Shown: in pieces, positions 34,346 to 44,933 of the stretch
How positions within the stretch are numbered: position 1 is the stretch's first letter
How the letters are laid out: each line of letters starts with the position of its first letter
NCBI GenBank assembly: GCA_963783885.1
Contig: CAWAPJ010000017.1
Span: 1 to 64,000 of the forward strand
Reading direction: 5' to 3'
DNA from: Waddliaceae bacterium
GTDB taxonomy: Bacteria; Chlamydiota; Chlamydiia; Chlamydiales; SLFE01
DNA: 64,000 bases
The notes under the pieces: model-generated
Databases searched by the model: none
The model's input: the letters and a program-made list of their open reading frames with translations, nothing else
Told to the model about the DNA's origin: nothing
Program-made: the position numbers and the translations under genes

Positions 34346-35929
34346 TTACTCTTGGTCCTCTTCAGCGTCGATGACTAAAGCTTCGGAAATCAGAACGATT
34401 CCTGCAGCTGAGGAGGCGTGTGTCAATTCGGATTTGATCACTTTTGCCGGGTCGATGACGCCTGATTTCATCAGGTCTTCTTTTTTTCCGGTGTTGGCAT
34501 TGAATCCGATATTACCTTTTGCCTCCATCACTTCGGCCAGGATGACGGATCCGTCGAAGCCGGCATTGTTTACAATCTGCTTAAGAGGCGTTCTGCAGGC
34601 CTCGAGGACCGCATGAGCTCCGAGCTCTTCGTCTCCTTCCAGCTCCAAATCGGCGATGTCTTGGCTGGCGCGAAGAAGAGCGACTCCTCCGCCGGGGACA
34701 ATGCCTTCTTCTACGGCGGCCTTAGTGGAGTTCAAGCTGTCTTCGGCAATCTGTTTTTTTTGTTTCATTTCCGGCTCTGTCGCCGCTCCGATTTTAATGA
34801 CAGCCACGCCGCCGCTCAGTTTGGCTTTTCTCTCTTCGAGTTTCTCCTTGTCATACTTGCTTGTAGAGGATTGAAGTTCATTGTCAATTTGCTTAACCCG
34901 AGCTTTGACTGCATCGCCTTTGTTTTGGCTGATGATTGTTGTTGTTTCCTTGTTGATCGTCACTTTATCGGCTTGGCCGAGCAGCTCAAGTCCCGCTTCT
35001 TGCAGCGACATCCCCGTTTCTTCGGAAATGACTGTCCCGCCGGTTAAAACTGCAATGTCTTGGAGCATGGCTTTGCGCCGGTCGCCGAATCCAGGGGCTT
35101 TGACGGCTGCGACTTTCAGGGAGCCGCGAAGGCGGTTCACCACTAGGGTTGACAGGACATCTCCTTCGACATCTTCGGCAATAATCAACAGTTCTTTTCC
35201 GCTTGCGGCAATTGATTGCAGCAGGGGGAGGAGTTCATGGATATTGGAGAGCTTGCGGTCAAGAAGGAGGATGCTGCAATTGGTCATTTCGGCAATCATT
35301 TTTTCCATATTCGTGCAAAAATAGGGGCTCAGATAGCCGCGGTCGAATTGCATTCCTTCGACTATTTCTATCGTTGTCTCAATGCCTTTAGCTTCTTCAA
35401 TAGTGATCACTCCGGATTTTCCGACCTTGTCCATGGCGTCGGAGATCAATTGTCCGATTTCTTCATTGCCCGAAGCCGATACAGTCGCGATGCTGCGGAT
35501 CTCGTCGGAAGTTTTGACTGGCTTGGCCATTTTTTCCAGAGATGAAATGACGGCCTGCACGGCTTTGTCCATTCCCCTTTTTACCAAGATAGGGCTGGCA
35601 CCCGAAGAGATGTGCTTGATGCCGTTTTCTACAAGCGATCTGAGAAGAAGGGTCGCGCTTGTCGTTCCGTCTCCCGATTTCTCTTTAATTTTCTGGACAA
35701 CCTCTTTGGCGATCGAAACGCCGAGATTTTCGAAACTGTCGAGTTCGACTTCGCCTACGATGCTGTTGCCGTCGTTTGTGATGGCCGGGGCTCCCCAGCT
35801 TTTTTCGTAGCCCACGTTGCGGCCTTTCGGACCCAGGGTAAAGGCAACCACATCGGCCAGCTGGGAGATTCCGGACAGCAGTTTTTCTCTGGCTTCTTCT
35901 TCAAAAATAATGTCTTTTGGCGTTGACAT
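34346..35929 (-). CDS. groEL: chaperonin GroEL paralog
   Basis: [48 protein letters not shown]. Start MSTPKDIIF after an AAGGAG RBS; no GGM tail and no adjacent groES. Confidence 0.93.
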   Translation of the reverse strand: MSTPKDIIFEEEAREKLLSGISQLADVVAFTLGPKGRNVGYEKSWGAPAITNDGNSIVGEVELDSFENLGVSIAKEVVQKIKEKSGDGTTSATLLLRSLVENGIKHISSGASPILVKRGMDKAVQAVISSLEKMAKPVKTSDEIRSIATVSASGNEEIGQLISDAMDKVGKSGVITIEEAKGIETTIEIVEGMQFDRGYLSPYFCTNMEKMIAEMTNCSILLLDRKLSNIHELLPLLQSIAASGKELLIIAEDVEGDVLSTLVVNRLRGSLKVAAVKAPGFGDRRKAMLQDIAVLTGGTVISEETGMSLQEAGLELLGQADKVTINKETTTIISQNKGDAVKARVKQIDNELQSSTSKYDKEKLEERKAKLSGGVAVIKIGAATEPEMKQKKQIAEDSLNSTKAAVEEGIVPGGGVALLRASQDIADLELEGDEELGAHAVLEACRTPLKQIVNNAGFDGSVILAEVMEAKGNIGFNANTGKKEDLMKSGVIDPAKVIKSELTHASSAAGIVLISEALVIDAEEDQE

Positions 35930-35946
35930 AGGTGAGTACTCCTTAG

Positions 35947-36804
35947 TTAGATCATTAACCTTAAACGTATATCGGTGGGTTTGGCAAAATAGGAGGCGCT
36001 GATGGCAATGCCGTCCACTCCCGTTTCCGCAAATCGGCGGACTGTCTCCAAAGTAATCGTCCCTTTCGATTCGAGATAAACCTTTTTCGGGGTTTTGCGA
36101 ATCAAACGGAGGCATTTTGATATTTCATCGGGGGGTAGATTGTCCAGCATGATTGAATCGCAATCAGTCTGCAGCGCTTCCTTTACCTGGCTGATATCGA
36201 AGACTTCCACTTCTATAGGGATGTCCGGAAGATAAGCCCGGACTTTTTTAACCGCTTCTTGTATCGGTTTTTTGCTTTCGAATGCAAAAAAGGCCAAGTG
36301 GGGGCTTTTGATAATGAACCGCTGATTCAATCCGAGGCGGTGGATCACCCCTCCCACCAAGACATGCGCGTATTGCGCGAGCGCCCTAAGGCCCGGCAAA
36401 GTTTTTCTTGTGTCCAGGATCTGGCAATTCAATCCTTTGACTTTATTGACATAAGCGGAAATGATAGTGGCTACTCCGGAGGCGTATTGCAAAAAATTCA
36501 GAGCCGTCCTCTCGCCGGCAAGGATGCTGCGGGCGGGACCGGAAATTTTAGCAATGACTGTCCCCGCTTTTTGATATGACCCTTCGTCGACACGCAGTTC
36601 AACAGTCAGTTTGGGGTCGATTTTTTTAAAAATGGCTTCCAAATAAACAAGTCCTGCGACGACGGCTTTTTCCCTAAGCACCAGTTTGCCTGAGGAAAAG
36701 GTGCTTTCCTGGAGGAGGGCCATTGTTGTGATATCACCTGAAGTGCCCAAATCTTCTGCGAGGGCGATATCGATCAGGCGTTCGATTTCTGGGTTAGTCT
36801 CCAT
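35947..36804 (-). CDS. nadC: quinolinate phosphoribosyltransferase (divergent)
   Basis: [51 protein letters not shown]. Confidence 0.82.
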   Translation of the reverse strand: METNPEIERLIDIALAEDLGTSGDITTMALLQESTFSSGKLVLREKAVVAGLVYLEAIFKKIDPKLTVELRVDEGSYQKAGTVIAKISGPARSILAGERTALNFLQYASGVATIISAYVNKVKGLNCQILDTRKTLPGLRALAQYAHVLVGGVIHRLGLNQRFIIKSPHLAFFAFESKKPIQEAVKKVRAYLPDIPIEVEVFDISQVKEALQTDCDSIMLDNLPPDEISKCLRLIRKTPKKVYLESKGTITLETVRRFAETGVDGIAISASYFAKPTDIRLRLMI

Positions 36805-36888
36805 AGGTACCTTCGTCAATTATGTGTCTGCCGGATGAACAAAAGTATAGTTTTAAACAGTGTAATAAACAAGAATATTTTGAGCTGG

Positions 36889-37062
36889 CTATCGTTTTCT
36901 TTTTTTGCCGCGCAATGGCCTATTGCCAAGCATTTGCGGCTGTCCGAAAAGGAGCCGAAGCGAATAATCCAAATAATTATTTTTAATTGATTTCCCTTCT
37001 TGGAGGACAAAAGTATAAGGACGGATAATTTTTTTGATATCCTGATTTTTCTTTTGATTCAT
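36889..37062 (-). CDS. small basic protein (57 aa), not in the supplied ORF track
   Basis: Translated by hand: MNQKKNQDIKKIIRPYTFVLQEGKSIKNNYLDYSLRLLFGQPQMLGNRPLRGKKRKR*. GAGGA RBS about 6 nt upstream. Confidence 0.5.
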   Translation of the reverse strand: MNQKKNQDIKKIIRPYTFVLQEGKSIKNNYLDYSLRLLFGQPQMLGNRPLRGKKRKR

Positions 37063-37204
37063 AGGGATTCCTCATAGTTGATGAGGACACTATAATACCC
37101 GAACGAGGGGATTCGATCAACACGATTTTGCATTAAATATTTATTTTAATTAAAGGTTTAAAGGAAGTTTAGTATCAAATTTAAATTTTTATTGGGAATT
37201 GCTG

Positions 37205-38026
37205 TTAAGTTTCTGAATATTTGTGCAGCCGGCGATAGATTTCCCTTTTCGGCATGTGTCTGAGGCCGGCAGCGAGTTTGATGGCTTCTTTTAGGGAAAT
37301 TTGAAAAGAGTCTTGCAGCCACTTGACGTGCTGCTCAAGGGTTAATTGATTCCATAAGCCGCCCGCAGAGCCTTCGACAAGCAGAACAAGCTCCCCTTTC
37401 AGCTCGCGGGATTGCAATGTTTTTAGAAGCTGCTTCGCCGTTCCCCGAATAAATTCCTCGAATTTTTTTGTCAGTTCCCTGGCGATGACGACTTTTCGAT
37501 CAGGTGTCAGCCCGGCAAGAATTTCGAGAACTTTTCTGATTCTTTTAGGGGATTCGTAACAAATCGATGTCCCTTCGTAGAAGACGATGTCGAGAAGCCT
37601 GTTCTGAAGCTCTCCCGTTTTTTTGGGAAGAAATCCTACAAACTGGAAACATTCAGTGGATAAACCGGAGCAAACCAGGGCGTGGATAAAGGCAGCCGGA
37701 CCCGGAATCGCCGTGACCGAAAGAGATTCTTCCACACATTTTCTGACTATCCTTTCCCCGGGATCGGAAATAGCCGGGGTGCCGGCGTCCGATACTAGCG
37801 CGATGGCTTTCCCTTCCTTTAATAAAGAAACGATCTCGCTTTCCCGTTTGGATTCGGAGAACTTGTGGAGGCTTTTTAGCGGCCTTTTAATGTTATACTT
37901 ATTGAATAGAATCGAGCTGTGCCTGGTATCTTCGCAAAGGATAAGATCGCACGATTGCAAAATTTCAATAGCTCTGAAAGAAATATCTTTCAGGTTGCCG
38001 ATAGGTGTTGAAATTAAATAAAGCAT
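37205..38026 (-). CDS. rsmI: 16S rRNA (cytidine1402-2'-O)-methyltransferase
   Basis: LYLISTPIGNLKDIS, CEDTRHS, VSDAGTPAISDPG, YESPKR, ARELTKKFEE. Confidence 0.94.
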   Translation of the reverse strand: MLYLISTPIGNLKDISFRAIEILQSCDLILCEDTRHSSILFNKYNIKRPLKSLHKFSESKRESEIVSLLKEGKAIALVSDAGTPAISDPGERIVRKCVEESLSVTAIPGPAAFIHALVCSGLSTECFQFVGFLPKKTGELQNRLLDIVFYEGTSICYESPKRIRKVLEILAGLTPDRKVVIARELTKKFEEFIRGTAKQLLKTLQSRELKGELVLLVEGSAGGLWNQLTLEQHVKWLQDSFQISLKEAIKLAAGLRHMPKREIYRRLHKYSET

Positions 38027-38038
38027 GGAAAGTTAAAA

Positions 38039-38110
38039 AGGTGGCACCCAGATTCGAACTGGGGAATGGAAGCTTTGCAGGCTTCTGCCTTACCACTTGG
38101 CTATGCCACC
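38039..38110 (-). tRNA. tRNA-Cys (GCA)
   Basis: Reverse complement GGTGGCATAGCCAAGTGGTAAGGCAGAAGCCTGCAAAGCTTCCATTCCCCAGTTCGAATCTGGGTGCCACCT folds as a cloverleaf with anticodon GCA and a TTCGAA T-loop; CCA not encoded. Confidence 0.95.
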
Positions 38111-38201
38111 CTGTTTATGTCATTAAGTATCTTATCGAATAAAAAAATATCTGACAAGTAAAAATCCTTACTCTTTACGTTTATGGCTAGACAGGATAAC
38201 C

Positions 38202-39518
38202 TTGGCTAAGGTGAGATATCAAAATTTACATCAAATTCGCGAAGCCCTTACGCTTCCAATTGAAGGACGGGATACCTCAGTCAAGGGATTTGCCGTCGAC
38301 AGCAGAAAACTGGTTTCCGGACAGGTTTTTGCCGCCTTGGGGGGAGAAAAAACAGACGGGCATCAATTTCTCAGGCAGGCAAAAAAAGCGGGATCTGCTG
38401 CTGCGTTAGTTTCAAAAGACTATACGGGCAGCGACTACGGGCTGCCGCTGCTTAGAGTTCCCGATCCTCTGGCAGCTTTGCAAGCGCTTGCGAAGAAGGC
38501 TGTAGAGACAACTCGCATTATCGGAGTGACGGGATCGGTGGGAAAAACGACATGCAAAGAATTTATTGCCGCGATTTTAAAAACCAGGTTCAAAGCAGTC
38601 TCTTCTCCCGGCAACCAAAATACAAAGATCGGGCTCCCTCTTTCCATCCTCAACCATTCGGGATACGGCGAGGAATTTTTAGTTCTCGAGATGGGAATGT
38701 CCGAAACGGGAGATATTGCCAAATTAATTGAGATCGCCCCTCCTGAGATTGCTGTTTTGACTTTTGTCTCGCTGGCCCATTCCATGAATTTTAATTCCCT
38801 TGAAGAGATTGCCTTGGCAAAAGGAGACATTTTTTCCCACCCCAAAACCCGCATTGGCGTGATGCCGGGAGAAGCGGTAGCCAAGGAGGCTCTTAAGACT
38901 ATCGGCGCTTGTGAGAAACGGACGTTTTCTGTAACCTCGCCTTTGGCCGATTTTTATTTGAGCCGCACTCGAGAATTGCATCATAAGGGGCGCTTTGTCC
39001 GGGATTTGCATGTCAACCTGAAAGCAAGGCATCATCTGCACAATGCCGCGGCAGCGATTGCCGCTGCGAAAGAGTGCGGTCTTGAGTGGGAGGAGATAAG
39101 CGTCGCGCTTCCTTTATTAGAGATTCCTCAAGGAAGAGGGGAGTATGTCGAAAAAGGGGGCGTACTGTTTGTCAATGATTCCTACAATGCCAGTCCCGAA
39201 TCGATGAAGGCCGCTGTGGAGTCTCTCCCTTCCCCGAAAAAAGGAGGAAAAAAGATCGCCGTACTTGGCGAAATGCTGGAACTGGGCCGGTTTTCCGAAG
39301 AGGCCCATCTTGAGATCGGTGCGTATGCGCTCGGGCATGTCGACCGCTTGTTTTGCTTAGGCGAATCTTACGAAGTATTGAAGAATAAGGAAGGGGTCGT
39401 CATTGCGAATACCAGGGAGGAGCTTATGGATTGTTTGAAATTGAATGCAGGAGACGTTGTTTTGCTCAAAGGATCAAATTCCTGCAGAATGTGGGAAATT
39501 TTGGATAGCTATTTATGA
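38202..39518 (+). CDS. murF: UDP-MurNAc-tripeptide:D-Ala-D-Ala ligase
   Basis: VDSR, GVTGSVGKTT, VLEMGMS, NDSYNASPESM, LGEMLELG, LLKGS. Confidence 0.92.
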   Translation: MAKVRYQNLHQIREALTLPIEGRDTSVKGFAVDSRKLVSGQVFAALGGEKTDGHQFLRQAKKAGSAAALVSKDYTGSDYGLPLLRVPDPLAALQALAKKAVETTRIIGVTGSVGKTTCKEFIAAILKTRFKAVSSPGNQNTKIGLPLSILNHSGYGEEFLVLEMGMSETGDIAKLIEIAPPEIAVLTFVSLAHSMNFNSLEEIALAKGDIFSHPKTRIGVMPGEAVAKEALKTIGACEKRTFSVTSPLADFYLSRTRELHHKGRFVRDLHVNLKARHHLHNAAAAIAAAKECGLEWEEISVALPLLEIPQGRGEYVEKGGVLFVNDSYNASPESMKAAVESLPSPKKGGKKIAVLGEMLELGRFSEEAHLEIGAYALGHVDRLFCLGESYEVLKNKEGVVIANTREELMDCLKLNAGDVVLLKGSNSCRMWEILDSYL

Positions 39519-40732
39519 TTTACCTTCTCGCTTACTATCTCCGAGAATCCGTCGGACTGAAAATTCCCATGGTTCTCACATATACCTCGACGAGGATGAT
39601 GCTTGCGGCGATGACAGCGCTTCTTATCAGCATCTTTATCGGTCCGCTTTTTATCAAAAAACTCTATGAGTTCAAGATCGGACAGTCAATCAGAAAAAAG
39701 GACTGTCCTTTGCTTGGAGAGCTTCACGCAAAAAAACAAAATACGCCCACGATGGGAGGCGTTTTGATTCTGTTTTCGATGGCAGTTTCCCTTCTGCTTT
39801 GGATGGATTTGACCCATTCATTCACTCTTTTGCTTCTTCTGACGACGCTGGCTTTGGGATTGCTTGGAGGAATCGACGATTATTTAAAAATCAAATATCA
39901 GAATGCAAAAGGGCTTTCTGCGAAAAAAAAGCTCGCTGCACAGCTTCTGATTTCAGGCCTTATTGCCTTTTATCTGTTCTATCCTCCCGTAGCGGAAAGT
40001 TTTCATAAAGGAACCTGGTTTGCCCCTCCGACGGCGAAGGATATGCGCGAATTCAAGGCATCCGAGGGTGGGCGGCAGACTGTTTTGTCTCTTCAGTCCT
40101 ACTCTTCCAGACTCTACATTCCGTTTATCAAAGATCATGTCTTTGCATTTAGCGGCGGCGCTTTATTCTTTGCCGGCCTCCTGGTTATTCTAGTGATTAC
40201 CGGCGCCTCCAACGCTGTCAATTTAACCGACGGCCTCGACGGACTTGCCGCGGGATGTTTGATCATGGTGGCCGTCTGTCTCGGATTGATCGCTTTTGTA
40301 TCGAACAACCAGGATCTGGCCAAGTATCTGAATATCCTCTATATTGAGGGAAGCGGCGAAATCGCCATCTATCTGTCCGCTTTTGCGGGAGCTTGTCTTG
40401 GATTTTTGTGGTACAACGCCCACCCTGCCCAAGTGTTCATGGGAGATATCGGATCTTTGACTCTGGGAGGCATCATCGGGCTGTCTGCCGTTTTGCTCAA
40501 AAGAGAGCTTCTCCTCGCCATTGTCGGCGGCATTTTTGTCGCAGAAGCCCTGTCGGTCATTCTGCAGGTGGGAAGTTATAAGCTGCGCAATAAAAAACGG
40601 ATTTTCCTCATTGCTCCGCTTCATCATCACTTTGAATACAAAGGGTGGCATGAGACTAAGGTGGTGACCCGTTTTTGGATTATCGGGTTGCTGCTCGCTA
40701 TTATCGGAATCGCGTCGCTAAAATTTCAATAA
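39515..40732 (+). CDS. mraY: phospho-MurNAc-pentapeptide transferase
   Basis: TPTMGG, IDDYLK, SNAVNLTDGLDGLA, FMGDIGS, APLHHHFE. Confidence 0.96.
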   Translation: MIYLLAYYLRESVGLKIPMVLTYTSTRMMLAAMTALLISIFIGPLFIKKLYEFKIGQSIRKKDCPLLGELHAKKQNTPTMGGVLILFSMAVSLLLWMDLTHSFTLLLLLTTLALGLLGGIDDYLKIKYQNAKGLSAKKKLAAQLLISGLIAFYLFYPPVAESFHKGTWFAPPTAKDMREFKASEGGRQTVLSLQSYSSRLYIPFIKDHVFAFSGGALFFAGLLVILVITGASNAVNLTDGLDGLAAGCLIMVAVCLGLIAFVSNNQDLAKYLNILYIEGSGEIAIYLSAFAGACLGFLWYNAHPAQVFMGDIGSLTLGGIIGLSAVLLKRELLLAIVGGIFVAEALSVILQVGSYKLRNKKRIFLIAPLHHHFEYKGWHETKVVTRFWIIGLLLAIIGIASLKFQ

Positions 40733-40742
40733 AGAGATCTCA

Positions 40743-41981
40743 GTGGTATTTACAGGAAAAAAAGCGTTAGTTGTCGGATTGGGGATCAGCGGAAGGGCCG
40801 CTTGCCGCTTTCTTTTACGCGCCGGCGCCGATGTAACGGCCTATGACCAAAAAGCGCCTTTGATTGCCGGTGAAAGCGAGGTTGAAAAACTCGTTTCTTC
40901 CGGGCTGAAATTAACCGGAAGCCTTGATCGCTTTGATGCCGATTTTTTAATTCCGAGTCCGGGAGTTGCAAGATCCCACCCACTTTATCGGCAGGCGGCT
41001 ATTGTCGGAGCCAAAATTATTGGAGAAGCCGAACTCGCGTTTTCCCATATGTCCATGCCGGCTATCGGGATCACAGGAACAAACGGCAAGACGACTGTGA
41101 CGGAAATGACGGCCCATATACTCAATGATTGCGGCCGGGCCGCCTTCCCCCTTGGCAACAATGGAGCTGCTCTTTGCGACCGGCCCCAGCAGGAGGGCAT
41201 AGTTGTCGCCGAGCTTAGCTCTTACCAAATCGAGACGCTGGCAACACCGGCCTTAGACGCTGCAGTTATTTTAAATATAAGCCCTGATCATTTAGACCGT
41301 TATGGATCAATCGAAGACTATGCCGCAGCTAAGTTCGGTCTGCAAAACATTTTAAAGCCCGGCGCCCCTTTTTACCTCCACCCGGACTTAATCGAGCAGT
41401 ATCCCTCACTGATTAATAGAAATGTCTCTTCCTATATAACCGAGGAGGCTTTGACATTCGAGGAAGAAAATCTTTTGGCCTCTTTTCATCTTGTTAAGCA
41501 TTTCGGGATTTGCAAAGAGCAATTTAAAAAAAGCGTATCGACATTTCGCAAACCGCCGCATCGCCTTGAGTTTGTCAAAGAAGTCAAAGGTGTGTATTAT
41601 TATAACGACAGCAAAGGGACCAACATCGACTCCGTTGTCAAAGCTGTCGGTTCTTTTTCGGGAAAAGTGATACTGATTGCCGGCGGAAAAGATAAGGGAG
41701 TGAGTTTTCAATCCTGGATTAAACCTTTTATATCGAAAATCTTATGTATTTGTGCAATTGGGGAGGCGAAAGAAAAAATTTATCGGGAGCTTTCTCCTCA
41801 TTTGGCAGTGAAAAAATTTGGAACTCTGGCTGAGGCTCTCGACTACTCATCGTCAATTGCCAAAGAGGGAGAGACTGTTTTACTCTCGCCGGGATGTTCA
41901 AGTTTTGACCAGTATGCAAACTTTGAGGTAAGAGGGAATGAATTTAAAAAAATAGTCACGGAAAAATTATTTGACAATTAG
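40743..41981 (+). CDS. murD: UDP-MurNAc-L-Ala:D-Glu ligase
   Basis: GLGISG, SPGV, ITGTNGKTT, ELSSYQ, NISPDHLDRY, HRLE, NDSKGTN, LLSPGCSSFDQY. Confidence 0.94.
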   Translation: MVFTGKKALVVGLGISGRAACRFLLRAGADVTAYDQKAPLIAGESEVEKLVSSGLKLTGSLDRFDADFLIPSPGVARSHPLYRQAAIVGAKIIGEAELAFSHMSMPAIGITGTNGKTTVTEMTAHILNDCGRAAFPLGNNGAALCDRPQQEGIVVAELSSYQIETLATPALDAAVILNISPDHLDRYGSIEDYAAAKFGLQNILKPGAPFYLHPDLIEQYPSLINRNVSSYITEEALTFEEENLLASFHLVKHFGICKEQFKKSVSTFRKPPHRLEFVKEVKGVYYYNDSKGTNIDSVVKAVGSFSGKVILIAGGKDKGVSFQSWIKPFISKILCICAIGEAKEKIYRELSPHLAVKKFGTLAEALDYSSSIAKEGETVLLSPGCSSFDQYANFEVRGNEFKKIVTEKLFDN

Positions 41982-42065
41982 TCCAATTTTTATAATAGCT
42001 AATAATGAGTTGGTACTTATCAACTCCTACATAATTTCATAATTAATAATTATTGGAGATAAGCT

Positions 42066-42731
42066 ATGACCATCAACCGAAAAGACACCATATTGATTGC
42101 AGTTTTGATGAACGTCGGACTGTTGACAGTCCTTTTCATCACAGCCATGAGTTTTGAGGAGGACACCCCTAAGTCTTCCTCGTCTTACGAAGAGCAAGTG
42201 GCTCAAAATCAACCATCCGGATCATCTCTGGAAACACTGCAGCTAGCCTCTACCAGCGAGTTTCCCACTGACGAAGTTGACAGCGTTCTTAAGGCCTATG
42301 AAGCCGGCAGCAGTGGAATGCCAGTGGTTCAAACTCCCCCTCTCAGACAAAATCAAGAGACTCAATTAGGACAGGACAAAAAGTATGTCGAGATCACTGT
42401 CAAACGGGGCGATTCCTTAGACCGCATTGCCCGGGCCAATAAGACGACCATCCGCGAAATCAAGAACCTCAACAATTTGACAACTGATCGTCTCAGGATC
42501 GGACAAACCCTGAAAATCCCTCTTCCCGGCCAGAGCAGCCATTCGGAAGGAAGCTCCGATATTGTTTCTTCTCAGCCCGGTACTGATTATTATGAGCTGA
42601 AAAGCGGAGACAATCCCTGGAAAATCGCCAAGAAGTTCAACGTCAGCTATGAAAGCATCATCGAACTAAATGATCTGACGGAAACGAAAGCGAAAGGATT
42701 GAAACCGGGCGATAAAATCCGGATAAAATAA
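42066..42731 (+). CDS. nlpD: membrane-anchored double-LysM protein (chlamydial NlpD-type)
   Basis: RKDTILIAVLMNVGLL anchor; two LysM repeats (VKRGDSLDRIA..., LKSGDNPWKIA...); position between murD and ftsW. Confidence 0.8.
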   Translation: MTINRKDTILIAVLMNVGLLTVLFITAMSFEEDTPKSSSSYEEQVAQNQPSGSSLETLQLASTSEFPTDEVDSVLKAYEAGSSGMPVVQTPPLRQNQETQLGQDKKYVEITVKRGDSLDRIARANKTTIREIKNLNNLTTDRLRIGQTLKIPLPGQSSHSEGSSDIVSSQPGTDYYELKSGDNPWKIAKKFNVSYESIIELNDLTETKAKGLKPGDKIRIK

Positions 42732-42733
42732 AT

Positions 42734-43885
42734 ATGCAACGCATTTCACTTGTGATTGTGACAAGCATCCTATTTGCGCTTGGCCTTGTTATGATATTCA
42801 ATACAACCTCGGCAGAAATTTTAGATCTCGATCTCGATCGCAGCACGCATCTTGCTATTTTCAAGCAGCTAGTGACCGGATTCATGGGATGCGCTCTTGC
42901 CTATGTCATTGGCATAGCAGGGCTTCGACGTTTCATTCGCAGCAGTCCGGCAGGATTGCTTTTCTTGACTCTTGCCCTTGTCCTCTGTTTTGTTCCCGGA
43001 ATCGGAAAAGCGGTCAATGGTTCCCATCGTTGGATTGCTCTCGGGGGCATTTCCTTTCAGCCTTCCGAATTTGTCAAATTCCTCATACCCGCTTATTTTA
43101 TCGCGCGCCTTGCGAAATACAAGACGGGAAAGATTCAATTCGGAAGGTTTTTCCGAATCGCAGCGGCCGCGGCCGTTCCGATTTTACTTATTCTGATCGA
43201 ACCGAACAATGGAACCGCGGGAGTTTTGATCATGACAATCGGAGCGCTCGCCGCTTTGGCAAAAATCCCCTGGAAATACTGGGCCCTTCCTCTTTTTGCA
43301 GTTGTCCTGATCGGAGCCATCTCCGCTTGGCAGCTTCCTTATGTCCAGGCAAGGCTTAAAGTTTATCTGAATCCTGAACTGGACCTCCAGGGGAGGGGCC
43401 ATCAGCCGCATCAAGCTAAGATCGCCGCCGGGTCGGGGAAATTGTGGGGAAAGGGGCCGGGAAACAGCCTTCAGAAACTCAGCTACCTACCTGAGGCGCA
43501 AAACGACTACATCGCAGCTATTTATGCCGAGGAGTTCGGCTTTATCGGCATGTCTTTGCTCATTTTTCTTTATATGCTTTTTGCCTATTTAGGATTTTCG
43601 CTGTCCTACAATGCGGCCGGCCGCGAGGAGTGTTGGATGGCCGCATCCGTGACATTTCTCATCACCTTTCAGGCATTTTTAAATTTGGGAGTCGTTTCCG
43701 GGCTGCTTCCAAGCACTGGACTGAACCTTCCCTTCTTTAGCCAGGGGGGAAGCTCGCTTATCGCCAATATTATGGGGCTAGGATTTATTTTAAACATTCA
43801 AACCAAACAATATGATGACAAAAAAAATCATGATCGCAGTTGGGGGAACGGGAGGACATTTATTCCCCGCTCAAGCGCTTGCTGA
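42734..43885 (+). CDS. ftsW: SEDS peptidoglycan glycosyltransferase FtsW
   Basis: GSHRWI, FQPSEFVK, LPEAQNDYI, EEFGFIG, TGLNLPFFSQGGSS. Confidence 0.93.
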   Translation: MQRISLVIVTSILFALGLVMIFNTTSAEILDLDLDRSTHLAIFKQLVTGFMGCALAYVIGIAGLRRFIRSSPAGLLFLTLALVLCFVPGIGKAVNGSHRWIALGGISFQPSEFVKFLIPAYFIARLAKYKTGKIQFGRFFRIAAAAAVPILLILIEPNNGTAGVLIMTIGALAALAKIPWKYWALPLFAVVLIGAISAWQLPYVQARLKVYLNPELDLQGRGHQPHQAKIAAGSGKLWGKGPGNSLQKLSYLPEAQNDYIAAIYAEEFGFIGMSLLIFLYMLFAYLGFSLSYNAAGREECWMAASVTFLITFQAFLNLGVVSGLLPSTGLNLPFFSQGGSSLIANIMGLGFILNIQTKQYDDKKNHDRSWGNGRTFIPRSSAC

Positions 43886-44918
43886 AGAACTCACAGAACT
43901 CGGATATGAAATCCATTTTATCGGAGGCGGGATCACCGATAATCCTTTTTTTCAGCCTAACGGAATGTCCTATGACGACATATCCTGCGCTCCCATTTCC
44001 GCCGGCAATCCCTTCAAGCTCTTTGGCTCAGGGGTCAAGATCTCAAGAGGCGCTTTGCAAAGCTTCAAGATAATGCGCCCAAGCCGTCCCCATTTGGTTG
44101 TCGGCTTTGGCAGCTATCACACCTTTCCCGCTTTGCTCGGAGCCAAGGCGCTTGGAGTCCCGATCATTTTGCACGAGGCCAATTCCGTTCCCGGCAAGGT
44201 CAACCGCCTTCTATCGCCTCACGTCTTAAAAACCGCCGTCCACTTTTCGTCCGCAAAACAGCACCTCAAAGGCGACGTTTGCCAGGCAGGGCTGCCGCTG
44301 AGAAAATCCCTGACGCAAAATCCTATTACAAAAGAGGAGGCCCTAAACCATTTTTCTTTCGAGAAAGACTGGCCGACCCTACTTGTATTCGGGGGATCGC
44401 AAGGGGCCCTTGAGATCAACAAGATCGTTAAAGAAGCTGTATTAACCTATGTGTGGAAACAGATTCGCAAACTGCAAATTCTCCACTTCACCGGCGAGGG
44501 GAAGCTGTCAGAAGAGATTGCCGCAGCTTATGAAAAAGCCGGCATTCCTCATGTCGTAAAACCCTTTGAAGAGCGCATCGAATATGCCTGGAAGGCGGCC
44601 GATCTTGCTATCACCCGTTCCGGCGCCTGTTCTCTTGCCGAGCAAACCGAGTTTGCCGTTCCGGGAATTCTTATACCCTATCCTTGGGCGACGGACAACC
44701 ATCAAGAAAAAAACGCCGATGCCTTTATTGAATTGACTCAAGGGGCTGTCAAACTACCTCAAAAAAAATTAACCCCGGCAAAGCTGGGGCTGGCTCTTTG
44801 CGGATTTTTGAGGGACCCGGAAAAACTTCAGACCATGCGGCAAAATATTGCCGCCTACAGGGATTCAGTCAAATACCAAACCCTTTCCCGATTGATTTGC
44901 GAGATGTTAACCGATTGA
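43812..44918 (+). CDS. murG: lipid II GlcNAc transferase
   Basis: GGTGGHLFP, HEANSVPGKVN, FGGSQGA, TRSGA, HQEKNA. Confidence 0.95.
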   Translation: MMTKKIMIAVGGTGGHLFPAQALAEELTELGYEIHFIGGGITDNPFFQPNGMSYDDISCAPISAGNPFKLFGSGVKISRGALQSFKIMRPSRPHLVVGFGSYHTFPALLGAKALGVPIILHEANSVPGKVNRLLSPHVLKTAVHFSSAKQHLKGDVCQAGLPLRKSLTQNPITKEEALNHFSFEKDWPTLLVFGGSQGALEINKIVKEAVLTYVWKQIRKLQILHFTGEGKLSEEIAAAYEKAGIPHVVKPFEERIEYAWKAADLAITRSGACSLAEQTEFAVPGILIPYPWATDNHQEKNADAFIELTQGAVKLPQKKLTPAKLGLALCGFLRDPEKLQTMRQNIAAYRDSVKYQTLSRLICEMLTD

Positions 44919-44933
44919 GTGAAATGTGGGATA

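Noticed and set aside
34346-36115. Long N-terminal extensions in the ORF track (groEL; likewise astD to 8684, uvrA to 58942, collagen from 12321)
   Set aside because: The extensions overlap upstream genes; family-like sequence or the signal peptide begins at downstream ATGs.
38039-38110. tRNA-Cys as an integration site
   Set aside because: No duplicated tRNA 3' end or adjacent integrase was seen; it is flanked by housekeeping genes.
43812-43885. 74-nt ftsW/murG overlap
   Set aside because: Overlaps are common in dcw operons, and both proteins have complete motifs.
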